Assembly: GCA_977020255.1 (NCBI GenBank)
Contig: CDROCS010006454.1
Span: 1 to 64,000 of the forward strand
Source of the DNA: Obrimoposthia wandeli
Lineage: Eukaryota
Direction: 5' to 3'
DNA length: 64,000 nt
Both the position numbers and the translations under genes were made by a program. The notes under the pieces were generated by a model. The model saw only the letters and a program-made list of their open reading frames with translations. It searched no databases and was not told the origin of the DNA. Positions 19,494 to 29,499 of the stretch are shown in pieces. The first letter of the stretch is position 1; each line of letters opens with the position of its first letter.

Positions 19494-20885
19494 ATGTTTG
19501 AAAATCTTTCCGATCGTTTAACGAAAACACTAAAAAATATCAGTGGCCGTGGTCGCCTAACTGATGACAATATAAAAGATACTTTACGTGAAGTACGAAT
19601 GGCATTGCTAGAAGCCGACGTTGCTTTACCGGTTATTCGTGAGTTTATTGCCAAAGTAAAAGAAAGTGCTGTTGGGCAAGACGTTTCAAAAAGTTTAACG
19701 CCAGGCCAAGTTTTTGTAAAAATAGTACGTACCGAACTTGAATCAGCCATGGGTGAAGTTAATGAAGCCCTTGATCTAAAAGCAGCCCCACCAGCGGTTG
19801 TTTTAATGGCAGGTTTGCAAGGCGCTGGTAAAACTACGTCTGTTGCTAAGTTAGCTAAATTTTTAACTGAGCGTGAAAAGAAAAAAGTATTAGTGGTGAG
19901 TGCCGATGTTTATCGTCCTGCGGCGATAAAACAACTTGAAATGTTAGCGGCTGAAATTAATGTTGGCTTTTTCCCAAGCGACATTAAACAAAAACCTATT
20001 GATATTGCTAATGGTGCGATAGATCACGCTAAGAAAAACTTTTTTGATGTTGTTATTGTTGATACTGCTGGGCGTTTGCATATTGACAGCGACATGATGG
20101 CAGAAATACAGCAACTTCATGCAGCCATTAACCCAATTGAAACCTTGTTTACTGTTGACGCTATGACGGGTCAAGATGCGGCCAATACAGCTAAAGCTTT
20201 TAATGATGCCTTACCATTAACAGGTGTGATCTTAACCAAAGCAGATGGTGATGCTCGTGGTGGTGCTGCTCTTTCTATTCGTCATATCACGGGTAAACCT
20301 ATCAAGTTTATGGGTGTTGGTGAGAAAATTGAAGCCTTAGAGCCTTTCCATCCAGACCGTATTGCATCACGCATACTTGGCATGGGCGATGTATTGTCGT
20401 TGATTGAAGAAGTCGAACAAAAGGTCGATCGTAAACAAGCAGAAAAATTAGCGAAAAAAGTAAAAAGTGGTAAAGGTTTTGACTTAGAAGACTTTCGTGA
20501 TCAGCTTGTGCAGATGAAAAGTATGGGTGGCATGATGGGCTTAATGGATAAATTACCAGGTATGGGTAATATGTCAGAGCAAGTTAAAGGCCAAATGGAT
20601 GATAAAGTTACCATACGCATGGAAGCCATGATCAACTCGATGACAGCAGCTGAACGTAAACGCCCTGATATGATCAAAGGCTCACGTAAGCGTCGCATCG
20701 CTGCAGGTTCAGGTACACAAATACAAGATGTTAATAAACTGCTTAAACAATTTACTCAAATGCAAAAAATGATGAAAAAAATGTCCGGTAAAGGCGGCAT
20801 GCAAAAAATGATGCGCTCGATGAAGGGCATGATGCCTCCTGGTGGTGGCGCTGGTGGTATGGGCGGTGGTATGTTTGGTCGTTAA
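19494..20885 (+). CDS. ffh: Signal recognition particle protein
   Basis: MFENLSDRL, GLQGAGKTT, DTAGR, TKADGDARGG, Met-rich M domain. Confidence 0.98.
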   Translation: MFENLSDRLTKTLKNISGRGRLTDDNIKDTLREVRMALLEADVALPVIREFIAKVKESAVGQDVSKSLTPGQVFVKIVRTELESAMGEVNEALDLKAAPPAVVLMAGLQGAGKTTSVAKLAKFLTEREKKKVLVVSADVYRPAAIKQLEMLAAEINVGFFPSDIKQKPIDIANGAIDHAKKNFFDVVIVDTAGRLHIDSDMMAEIQQLHAAINPIETLFTVDAMTGQDAANTAKAFNDALPLTGVILTKADGDARGGAALSIRHITGKPIKFMGVGEKIEALEPFHPDRIASRILGMGDVLSLIEEVEQKVDRKQAEKLAKKVKSGKGFDLEDFRDQLVQMKSMGGMMGLMDKLPGMGNMSEQVKGQMDDKVTIRMEAMINSMTAAERKRPDMIKGSRKRRIAAGSGTQIQDVNKLLKQFTQMQKMMKKMSGKGGMQKMMRSMKGMMPPGGGAGGMGGGMFGR

Positions 20886-20916
20886 TATTAACTCTCGATA
20901 AAAATTAATTATTTAT

Positions 20917-20942
20917 AAAGGTAGCAAATTGCTACCTTTTTT
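20917..20942 (+). terminator. Terminator after ffh
   Basis: AAAGGTAGCAA-ATT overlap stem GGTAGCAA/TTGCTACC followed by T6. Confidence 0.75.
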
Positions 20943-20995
20943 GTTTTCTAAACTACACTACAAAATGATACTGATTTAGATAAGGTGATACTTTT

Positions 20996-21244
20996 ATGGT
21001 GGTAGAGCAAGAAATTATTAGTCAAAAAGATTTAGACCAATTGCTGCACATTAACGAGTTCATTGAAAAGCAAAATGAAAACTCACTCGTTGGTGAGTTA
21101 AAAGAGGCTATTCTCGATTCAGGAAAGCTTGAATTAGCGCAATGGGAATCGCTTCGAGAGCATATTAGCGAAATTGAAGATCTCATTCCTCATATTGAAT
21201 TGATTATTAAATTGAAGAAAAACAATAAGAAAACTCGAAAATAA
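20996..21244 (+). CDS. Hypothetical small protein, acidic helical with a Lys-rich tail
   Basis: 82-aa ORF with AAGGTG RBS-like element upstream, no recognisable motif. Confidence 0.6.
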   Translation: MVVEQEIISQKDLDQLLHINEFIEKQNENSLVGELKEAILDSGKLELAQWESLREHISEIEDLIPHIELIIKLKKNNKKTRK

Positions 21245-21472
21245 GACATAAATACGCGTATGATTTTTTCGATAGATAGTATTTGATCTTTTAGATGACT
21301 ATGCTCAATAGCAGCAGTAGATACGTTTGATTGACGCATGCCCAATGGCATGCTTTTTTTATTGTTATTTTACATTGCAGTGTAAATAGTCAGTACCTGA
21401 ACAATAACAATAACGATGAAAACGTGAAGGGCATGGAGCATATTTATTCTTTACCCTTCTACTTTTTAAGTG

Positions 21473-22447
21473 CTAACTTTTAAGGTTTAAAGTACTTTTC
21501 AGTAAATTAAAATTCTTTCTATTGAATACTTTATCGCCGAGAGCGGTAAGCATTGAACCTATTACCACGCAGGCACCCCCTATATAAGCCAACATATTTA
21601 AATGCTGTGCCTGAAATGACGAAGGCCATAGCTGTTCAGCAACAGAAGCAAAAAATACCGTTAATAAAGGTGTTATCGCTAATGTCGCACTGACTTTAGC
21701 TGTAGGTAGGTACTCCAATGATTTAGCGAAAGTGCCATAGGCTATCAGAGTATTCGCACAGCAAAAAAACAATAACAGTAGAGCCGTATTATCTAAGGTC
21801 GTTATTTTTTCTGGGCTCGCTAATGGTAAAAAGAACAACGTACTGAGTAAATAAATACACCACATAATTTGATTTGAACTGTAATAACGCAACATTTTCT
21901 TTTGGATAATGGCGTAAGCTGCCCATGTAATAGCCGCACCAAAGATAATAATAAATCCTATCAAAAAGTCATGATGGCTAATACTTTTGTCGTTATCGAT
22001 AAATTGTTGGTTGAAAAATAACAGTAAACCTGAGATCAACACAAAAGAGCCCACCATTTGTCCGCGACTAAAGCGCTCTTTAATAAAAATAACACTGCCG
22101 ATTAACATAAAAAACGGCGCCATTTGAATGAGCATTTGTGCTGTCTCTGCCGGTATGTAATGCAGAGACACAAGATACAGCACGTAATTTAGACTCAAAA
22201 ATATAGCAGCAAATAATAATCGCTTCATAATGCCTTTGTGCTGAAGAACAGAGTTAGGTAGATTTTTTTTCGCTGTTAATAACAGCGCAACAAAGAATGC
22301 GGCAAAGACAAAACGGAACCAAGTAATCGTATAAGCGTCCATGAGTACTAAAACGGACTTTAGTGCTAATGGTAGTAAACCCCACATAATTGCAGTGGTC
22401 ATGGCTAGCATTAGCCCTTTTGCGCTTTTGTTGTCCAATTGAGTCAT
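21473..22447 (-). CDS. DMT/EamA-family permease
   Basis: 10 TM; WGLLP, ITWFRF, AQMLIQMAPF, FIKERFS, ITPLLT duplicated EamA pattern. Confidence 0.9.
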   Translation of the reverse strand: MTQLDNKSAKGLMLAMTTAIMWGLLPLALKSVLVLMDAYTITWFRFVFAAFFVALLLTAKKNLPNSVLQHKGIMKRLLFAAIFLSLNYVLYLVSLHYIPAETAQMLIQMAPFFMLIGSVIFIKERFSRGQMVGSFVLISGLLLFFNQQFIDNDKSISHHDFLIGFIIIFGAAITWAAYAIIQKKMLRYYSSNQIMWCIYLLSTLFFLPLASPEKITTLDNTALLLLFFCCANTLIAYGTFAKSLEYLPTAKVSATLAITPLLTVFFASVAEQLWPSSFQAQHLNMLAYIGGACVVIGSMLTALGDKVFNRKNFNLLKSTLNLKS

Positions 22448-22689
22448 AGTTCTCGGTCCTAAAGGACAAATAATGGTGTAGGTATGCTTATACAGCGGCT
22501 AGTTGAGCGGGCGGATTATATAGCGATATTGCTGACGGTGGTAACTAATTAAACAAAAAAAGTCACTATCAATTAGCTTTAGGTTGCTTTGTCAGCAGAA
22601 AAGCGTAAAATACGCGAGCTTTTCTGTCGCTTAGTTGACAGAAATGTCTGGGAAATTCGTTTTAACACTTACATTATATAGAGGACGAT

Positions 22690-22938
22690 ATGGTTACCAT
22701 TCGTTTAGCTCGTGGCGGCGCAAAGAAGCGTCCATTCTATCAGGTTGTTGTTGCAGATAGCCGTAACTCTCGCGATGGTCGATTCATCGAGAAAGTTGGC
22801 TTTTTCAACCCTACAGCGCAAGGTCAAGCGGAAAAATTACGTTTAGACTTAGACCGTATCAACCATTGGGTTGGTCAAGGTGCAACTGTATCTGATCGTG
22901 TGGCCAAGTTAGTAAAAGATGCTCAAAAAGCAGCTTAA
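22690..22938 (+). CDS. rpsP: 30S ribosomal protein S16
   Basis: [34 protein letters not shown]. Confidence 0.99.
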   Translation: MVTIRLARGGAKKRPFYQVVVADSRNSRDGRFIEKVGFFNPTAQGQAEKLRLDLDRINHWVGQGATVSDRVAKLVKDAQKAA

Positions 22939-22968
22939 ATTAACCTTGGTAGGTTTTAGGAGTTATTT

Positions 22969-23499
22969 GTGGAAGTTATTGGTAAAGAAGTCATCTTAGG
23001 TAAAGTAGGCGCTGTTTACGGTATCAAGGGTTGGTTGAAAATTCATTCATTCACAGATGATCATGAAGCCATACTAGACTATTTCCCTTGGTCTTTAAAA
23101 TTAGGGAATAAAATACAATCAGTAGAAATTACCGATTGGCGCAAACATAACAATGGTCTTGTTGTTAAAGTTGCAGGTATTGATGATCGTGATATAGCCC
23201 AAAAGCTTGTCGGTTCAGAAATATTTGTTAGCGAAGACGCGTTATCTGACTTGCCTGAAGGTGAGTTTTATTGGCGTGATCTAATCGGCATGACTGTAGT
23301 TACTGACAAAGGTTACGACCTAGGTCAGGTTTCCGACATAATGGAAACGGGCGCTAACGACGTACTGGTTGTGAAAGCGAATCTTAAGGATGGCTTTGGA
23401 AAGAAAGAAAGGTTAATTCCTTACTTAATGGACCAAGTTATACTTTCGGTGAGCGCTGAAGATAAACAAATTTGTGTTGACTGGGACCCAGGTTTCTAA
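22969..23499 (+). CDS. rimM: Ribosome maturation factor RimM
   Basis: [39 protein letters not shown]. Confidence 0.97.
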   Translation: MEVIGKEVILGKVGAVYGIKGWLKIHSFTDDHEAILDYFPWSLKLGNKIQSVEITDWRKHNNGLVVKVAGIDDRDIAQKLVGSEIFVSEDALSDLPEGEFYWRDLIGMTVVTDKGYDLGQVSDIMETGANDVLVVKANLKDGFGKKERLIPYLMDQVILSVSAEDKQICVDWDPGF

Positions 23500-23524
23500 C
23501 TTGAGTAATAGTGTATCAACAGAC

Positions 23525-24352
23525 ATGCTTAGCAATAAGAAAATGTGGATTGGGGTGATAAGCCTTTTTCCCGAGATGTTTGACGCAATTACTGAGTATG
23601 GGGTGACAGGCCGAGCTATTCGTAATGGCTTAATTGAGTTTCATAAGTGGAACCCAAGAGATTTTACTCATGATAAACATCGTACTGTGGACGACCGACC
23701 TTACGGCGGCGGACCAGGCATGCTTATGATGGTACAACCACTACGAGATGCTATTCAAGCTGCAAGACAAGCTGCAGATGAAAATAGCAGCCCTGATCTT
23801 ATTAAAGAAAAGGGAAGAGCGAAGGTTATTTATTTGTCGCCGCAAGGACGGAAATTGGACCAAGCTGGTGTACGCGAATTAGCACAGCATGACCGACTGA
23901 TATTTATAGCAGGACGTTATGAAGGCATAGATGAACGACTAATCGATTCAGAAATTGATGAAGAATGGTCGGTCGGAGATTACGTATTAAGTGGTGGGGA
24001 ATTACCTGCTATGAATGTAATTGATGCTGTAGCACGCTTTGTGCCTGGTGTATTAGGACATCAACAATCGGCCGAGCAGGATTCATTTTCTGACGGTTTA
24101 TTAGATTGTCCACATTACACTCGGCCTGAGGTTATGGAAGTTTCTGCAAATGAAACAATCTCTGTACCCAAAGTGCTATTAAGTGGTAATCACGAACATA
24201 TTAGGCAATGGCGCCAATATCAGTCGTTAGAAAGAACATGGACTAGAAGACCAGAACTATTAACTAACCTAGCTCTGACAGCAGAGCAGCAAAAAATGTT
24301 AACAGCTATTAAAGCTGATAATAAACTTGCTGTTGATGACTGTGAACCCTAG
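23525..24352 (+). CDS. trmD: tRNA (guanine37-N1)-methyltransferase
   Basis: [44 protein letters not shown]; start set at ATG 23525 rather than the GTG at 23474. Confidence 0.97.
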   Translation: MLSNKKMWIGVISLFPEMFDAITEYGVTGRAIRNGLIEFHKWNPRDFTHDKHRTVDDRPYGGGPGMLMMVQPLRDAIQAARQAADENSSPDLIKEKGRAKVIYLSPQGRKLDQAGVRELAQHDRLIFIAGRYEGIDERLIDSEIDEEWSVGDYVLSGGELPAMNVIDAVARFVPGVLGHQQSAEQDSFSDGLLDCPHYTRPEVMEVSANETISVPKVLLSGNHEHIRQWRQYQSLERTWTRRPELLTNLALTAEQQKMLTAIKADNKLAVDDCEP

Positions 24353-24364
24353 GAAGAAGGTATT

Positions 24365-24718
24365 ATGAGCAATATTATTAAGCAGCTTGAAGCTGAGCAA
24401 ATGAAGCAAGATGTACCAGCATACCGCCCAGGCGATACTGTTGTAGTACAAGTAAAAGTTACAGAAGGTGATAAATCACGTCTTCAAGCATTTGAAGGTG
24501 TTGTAATCGCAATTAAAAACCGCGGCATCAATTCTGCATTCACTGTTCGTAAAATTTCGAACGGTGTTGGTGTAGAGCGTGTATTCCAGACACATAGCCC
24601 AATCGTTGATTCAATTGAAATCAAACGTCGCGGCGATGTACGTCAAGCTAAGCTTTACTATCTTCGTGAACGTTCAGGTCGCTCTGCACGTATCAAAGAG
24701 AAATTGGCAAAAAGATAA
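24365..24718 (+). CDS. rplS: 50S ribosomal protein L19
   Basis: [43 protein letters not shown]. Confidence 0.99.
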   Translation: MSNIIKQLEAEQMKQDVPAYRPGDTVVVQVKVTEGDKSRLQAFEGVVIAIKNRGINSAFTVRKISNGVGVERVFQTHSPIVDSIEIKRRGDVRQAKLYYLRERSGRSARIKEKLAKR

Positions 24719-24771
24719 TCACTCTTTTATAAGAGTATTTTCTGCTAATTTTTTAGTAAAGAAAGATGATG

Positions 24772-24806
24772 AAAAAAGCCTGAATAAGCAATTATTCAGG
24801 CTTTTT
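24772..24806 (+). terminator. Terminator after rplS
   Basis: AAAAAAGCCTGAATAA-GCAA-TTATTCAGGCTTTTT. Confidence 0.85.
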
Positions 24807-25249
24807 GTTTATCTATTCTTTGTGATATGTTTTTATCGCAACGTGGATAACATTAACAATGAAAACCAATACACTCTATAAATACTATCTTCTACAAATG
24901 CTCCTTTCCTTAAGATCACCACAAGTAAAATGCAGCTTTTTTTGATCAGCGACAGCATGGCTAAACATCTACAATTCACCATCACTTCACATTATTGAAC
25001 TTAAACGTTATCTATTCCTGTTTTATTTTGTTGTTTTAAATCGGCTTTTTAAGGCTTTGCCATAGAGTGCCAATAGGTAAGTAGATGCACTTTTCATTTA
25101 TCGAAGCGTAGTGCACGATGAATCATTAGCATCAAAAATACAGGCCTTTTTTGTAGCAGAGCTGACAGTATTTAGTTTATTCGTTATATTAATTTTGCTT
25201 TATGGCATCTCGTAAATGCGTAGCCTAGTGATAAGTCATTGTTTAACTA

Positions 25250-25753
25250 TATACCCAAACCACTTGAAGATGCAGTTTCAGCGCTAAGCTAGGAAATTAG
25301 ATCAAGGCGCAGCACGAAGACAAGGGTTATTCTCGGTAATTGCTCCTAATCTCTTAATGCCTATCCATGTAGGAACCTTATCAAGTGCTGCACAGCTTTT
25401 TTGCTCCAGGCAAAAGCTAAGTACATACATCCGTGTATGCACAGCTTTTTTGCTCCAGGCAAAAGCTAAGTACATACATCCGTGTATGCACAGCTTTTTT
25501 GTTCCAGACAAAAGCTAAGTACATACATCCGTGTATGCAACGCGGAGCTGGTTTTCTAGCTTAGCTCCCTTCGGGCAAGGCGATAAAGGGTCATCTGTGG
25601 CGTTATTGATTTCGACAATGGAACAACCATTCTCGGCTCTAGCATCCTGCTTCGCTCTACCTTCACCATCCATGGTTTCGTCTTCAATCAATGCCTTGGT
25701 GCTAACCCTTTCTCGACTTGCACAATCCTGTATCTTCAAGTGGCTTGGGTATA
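25250..25753. mobile_element. ERIC-like MITE copy A (504 bp) with an internal 3 x 49-bp tandem array
   Basis: Termini TATACCCAAACCACTTGAAGATGCA ... TGTATCTTCAAGTGGCTTGGGTATA; highly similar to the inverted copy at 34526-35052; no transposase. Confidence 0.9.
25389..25535. repeat. Tandem repeat, 49 bp x 3
   Basis: TGCACAGCTTTTTTGCTCCAGGCAAAAGCTAAGTACATACATCCGTGTA starting at 25389, 25438, 25487 (third unit has 2 substitutions). Confidence 0.95.
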
Positions 25754-26125
25754 TTCGTGATGTTCACCTTGCTATAGCATTTACTTTGTCACCTAAGCTT
25801 TTGATTCACTTAAGTATCAAGCACTCATTATCCAGAGCTCAGGTTAACTAGAAAGAGTCATTAAAATGATATCAATGAACGTTAAACTACCAGTTTAAGT
25901 TTTTTATTTCTAACAAGAATCAAACATTGCGTATTCTTTGTGCTATTTCGTTTGATATATCAGCAATTAAGGCTAGTAGCTGACAAATATTCGACTTTAG
26001 TGGTGTGTTCGAGCGTTAAAACTTAGGCTATGATGTTGGCAACTTAAAATGAGATTGATCGTTGAGTTAGATGTTACATCGACGTATCAACAAACCACTA
26101 AATATTAGAAAATCAAGGATTAAGC

Positions 26126-28069
26126 ATGCAAGAATTAAAAAGCCGTTATCCCGTATTAGCGCAGGCAAAAGCTCACACTTACATTGATTCAGCGACCTAC
26201 GATGCCATGTATCAGCAGTCAGTTGAACAGCCTGAAGTTTTCTGGGCGGAACAAGCTGATAAGTTTCTTGATTGGTATAAACCTTGGGACAGTGTGTCAG
26301 ATGTTGACTTGAAAGCTGGAGATATTAAATGGTTTTCTGGTGGTAAGCTTAATGTCAGTTATAACTGTATTGATCGTCACTTAGCCAACAAAGCAAATGA
26401 CACGGCTATTATCTGGGAAGGTGATGATCCCAATGAAGATAAAAAAATAACTTACCAAGAGCTACATGATCATGTCTGTCGCTTTGCTAATTTATTAAAA
26501 GCTCGTGGCGTGAAAAAAGGCGACCGAGTTTGTATTTATATGCCGATGATCCCTGAGATCGGTTATGCAATGTTAGCTTGTGCTCGTATAGGTGCTGTTC
26601 ATTCCGTAGTGTTTGGTGGCTTTTCTACTGAAGCTATCCGCTCTCGGATTATTGATGCTGACTGTAAAGTGGTTGTTACCTCTGATGAAAGTTTGCGTGG
26701 CGGTCGTGTTATTCCATTAAAAGTGAATGTTGACGCAGCTGTTGCTGATTGCCCTGATGTGCACTCAGTTATTGTGGTTAAACGCACCGGCGGTGACGTT
26801 GCATGGAACGATCAAATCGATATTAATTACCAAGAAGAAGTGGCAAAACAACCTGCTACATGTACACCAGAAGTTATGGATGCTGAAGATCCACTCTTTA
26901 TTTTGTATACCTCAGGCTCAACAGGGACACCTAAAGGTGTTTTACATACTTGTGGTGGCTATTTACTTTATGCTGCAATGACTCATAAATATGTCTTTGA
27001 CTATAAAGACGGTGAAGTTTATTGGTGTACGGCTGATGCCGGGTGGATCACAGGTCATTCATACATATTTTACGGACCATTAGCTAATGGCGCTACTACG
27101 TTAGTCTTTGAAGGCGTACCCACTTACCCGGATGCAGGACGTTTTTGGGAAGTGTGTGATAAGCACCAAGTTAATATTTTTTATACCGCGCCAACCGCTA
27201 TTCGTGCGCTAATGAGTGTGGGTGACAGCTTTGTTGAAAAAGCTGACTTATCATCACTACGTATTTTAGGCACTGTTGGTGAGCCAATTAATCCAGAAGC
27301 ATGGCATTGGTATTATGAAGTGGTTGGCAAAAATAAATGCCCTATTGTTGATACATGGTGGCAAACGGAAACCGGTGGCATATTAATTACATCGCTACCA
27401 GGGGCAGTTGACATGAAGCCAGGTGCCGCAGGTAAGCCATTTTTTGGTGTTCAGCCTGCATTATTCGATAAAGACGGCAATACGCTTGAAGGTGAAAACC
27501 AAGGTTTATTAATGATGACAGGCAGTTGGCCAGGTCAATTACGTAGTGTTTATGGTGATCACGATCGCTTCTATCAGACCTATTTAAGCCAATATCCAGG
27601 TAACTACTTTACGGGTGATGGTGCTAAACGTGACGAAGACGGCTTTTATTGGATCACAGGCCGCGTTGATGACGTATTAAATGTTTCTGGCCATAGATTG
27701 GGCACAGCAGAAATTGAAAGCGCTCTAGTATTGCATCCTGCGGTTGCTGAAGCTGCCGTGGTTGGTTACCCTCATGACATTAAAGGCCAAGGTGTTTATG
27801 CTTATGTAACCTTGATGAGCAATGCAACAGAGTCTGATGAACTGTTAGCCGAACTCACCGAGTTTGTTGCGAAAGAGCTAGGTCGTTTTGCTAAGCCTGA
27901 TTATATTCAATATGCCCCAGGTTTACCTAAAACTCGTTCCGGTAAAATTATGCGTCGTATTTTACGAAAAATTGCGGAAAACGATATAGATACCTTAGGA
28001 GATATCTCAACATTGGCTGAGCCGGCTGTTGTAGAGCACTTAGTGAGTAATAGAATCGTAAAAAGTTAA
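26126..28069 (+). CDS. acs: Acetyl-CoA synthetase
   Basis: [46 protein letters not shown]. Confidence 0.97.
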   Translation: MQELKSRYPVLAQAKAHTYIDSATYDAMYQQSVEQPEVFWAEQADKFLDWYKPWDSVSDVDLKAGDIKWFSGGKLNVSYNCIDRHLANKANDTAIIWEGDDPNEDKKITYQELHDHVCRFANLLKARGVKKGDRVCIYMPMIPEIGYAMLACARIGAVHSVVFGGFSTEAIRSRIIDADCKVVVTSDESLRGGRVIPLKVNVDAAVADCPDVHSVIVVKRTGGDVAWNDQIDINYQEEVAKQPATCTPEVMDAEDPLFILYTSGSTGTPKGVLHTCGGYLLYAAMTHKYVFDYKDGEVYWCTADAGWITGHSYIFYGPLANGATTLVFEGVPTYPDAGRFWEVCDKHQVNIFYTAPTAIRALMSVGDSFVEKADLSSLRILGTVGEPINPEAWHWYYEVVGKNKCPIVDTWWQTETGGILITSLPGAVDMKPGAAGKPFFGVQPALFDKDGNTLEGENQGLLMMTGSWPGQLRSVYGDHDRFYQTYLSQYPGNYFTGDGAKRDEDGFYWITGRVDDVLNVSGHRLGTAEIESALVLHPAVAEAAVVGYPHDIKGQGVYAYVTLMSNATESDELLAELTEFVAKELGRFAKPDYIQYAPGLPKTRSGKIMRRILRKIAENDIDTLGDISTLAEPAVVEHLVSNRIVKS

Positions 28070-28095
28070 GTTATTAACTGCTTGATTTGAGATAG

Positions 28096-28120
28096 AAAGC
28101 GCCGGTAGGCGCTTTTTTTT
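28096..28120 (+). terminator. Terminator after acs
   Basis: AAAGCGCC-GGTA-GGCGCTTTTTTTT. Confidence 0.85.
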
Positions 28121-28163
28121 GTGATTCAATTCATATATAGGGCTGTACCAGAGTAAATTATAG

Positions 28164-28204
28164 TGTAATATAATCAATACAAATTAAGTAAAGTTTAATT
28201 TACA
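28164..28204. promoter_or_regulatory. Tandem TyrR boxes upstream of aroF
   Basis: TGTAAT-ATAATC-AATACA (28164-28181) and AGTAAA-GTTTAA-TTTACA (28187-28204) versus TGTAAA-N6-TTTACA. Confidence 0.7.
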
Positions 28205-28368
28205 CTTAAGGTTTTGAATAAAATGTACGATCTGCAGTATCGATATTATTACCTCCCATACTTTAGCTAGTTGTTCACCTAGCATTAATAACCGTGTCGA
28301 AAATAACCATTCATCGACAACACTTTACTCACAAATTCAAATTTATTACCCATATTCAGGAAAGCACT

Positions 28369-29493
28369 ATGTCAGAAGATACTTTAATTACGTCTGCCGC
28401 TAGCACCATACCGAAAAGCAGACTGAACGATATTCATGTTAATGCCGAAGAAGTGTTAATTACCCCTAACGCTTTACGTGAAGAGTTACCTTTGCCAGAA
28501 AACGGTCGTGTTTTCGTCAAAAATGCACGTAATATCATCGCTAATATTATCCACAAAGAAGATCATCGTTTACTGGTGATAACTGGCCCTTGTTCGGTTC
28601 ATGATGTTGAAGCAGCAAAAGCTTACGCCAGAAAGCTGAAAGTGTTGCATGATAAATACCAAGATAGCTTATATATTGTCATGCGTGTTTACTTTGAAAA
28701 ACCTCGTACGACTGTCGGTTGGAAAGGCTTAATTAATGACCCACATATGGATGGTTCATTTGATGTTGAAAGTGGCTTACGCAAAGCGCGAGAATTACTT
28801 ATTTACTTAACTGAGTTAGGCTTGCCTTTAGCAACAGAAGCGCTTGATCCCATCAGCCCACAATACTTGGCTGAGCTTTTCAGTTGGTCTGCTATTGGCG
28901 CGCGTACTACAGAGTCACAAACTCATCGCGAGATGGCTAGTGGTTTGTCTATGCCGATAGGCTTTAAAAATGGTACTAATGGTGGTTTAGGTGTTGCGAT
29001 TAATGCGCTACAGTCTGCCGCTTCTCCACATCGCTTTATGGGCATTAATCGTTTAGGACAAGTCGCACTGATTAAAACTTCTGGTAATCCTGATGGCCAT
29101 GTTATTTTGCGAGGCGGCAAGCAACCTAATTACGATTCCGTTAATGTTGCACTATGCGAAGAAGACTTAGCAAAACAAAACTTAGAGCCGGGTATTGTAG
29201 TTGATTGCTCACACGGAAACTCTAATAAAGATTATCGACGTCAGCCTTTAGTGGCTGATAATGTTTTTAATCAAATTTGTGATGGTAATAAATCTATTAT
29301 TGGTATTATGTTAGAGAGTAATATAAAGGCAGGTAATCAAAGTTCAGAGTTGCCGAAAGATGAACTTGAATACGGTGTTTCTGTCACGGATGCTTGTATT
29401 GATTTTGATACCACAGAGCAACTAATTTCAGCGGCCAGTACAAAGCTTGAAACTGTTTTAAAACAACGAACAAATTCAGTCGTTAGTAAATAG
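28369..29493 (+). CDS. aroF: DAHP synthase class I (Tyr-sensitive by context)
   Basis: GPCSVHD, MRVYFEKPRTTVGWKGL, AIGARTTESQTHRE, DCSHGNS, SVTDAC; ATG 28369 with AGGA RBS (the ORF track starts at GTG 28294). Confidence 0.93.
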   Translation: MSEDTLITSAASTIPKSRLNDIHVNAEEVLITPNALREELPLPENGRVFVKNARNIIANIIHKEDHRLLVITGPCSVHDVEAAKAYARKLKVLHDKYQDSLYIVMRVYFEKPRTTVGWKGLINDPHMDGSFDVESGLRKARELLIYLTELGLPLATEALDPISPQYLAELFSWSAIGARTTESQTHREMASGLSMPIGFKNGTNGGLGVAINALQSAASPHRFMGINRLGQVALIKTSGNPDGHVILRGGKQPNYDSVNVALCEEDLAKQNLEPGIVVDCSHGNSNKDYRRQPLVADNVFNQICDGNKSIIGIMLESNIKAGNQSSELPKDELEYGVSVTDACIDFDTTEQLISAASTKLETVLKQRTNSVVSK

Positions 29494-29499
29494 GAATAA

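Noticed and set aside
21369-21386. TyrR box
   Set aside because: Half-sites are in the inverse order (TTTACA-N6-TGTAAA)
24843-24851. Lone DnaA-like box CGTGGATAA after rplS
   Set aside because: Single one-mismatch box, expected by chance
25389-25535. CRISPR array
   Set aside because: Units are contiguous and near-identical, with no unique spacers and no cas genes; they lie inside MITE TIRs
25302-25851. ORFs of 69, 74 and 106 aa (and their twins at 34398-34912) as real proteins
   Set aside because: They lie in the MITE, occur on both strands, lack RBSs, diverge outside the TIR and are broken in copy D; translation is not excluded but is unsupported
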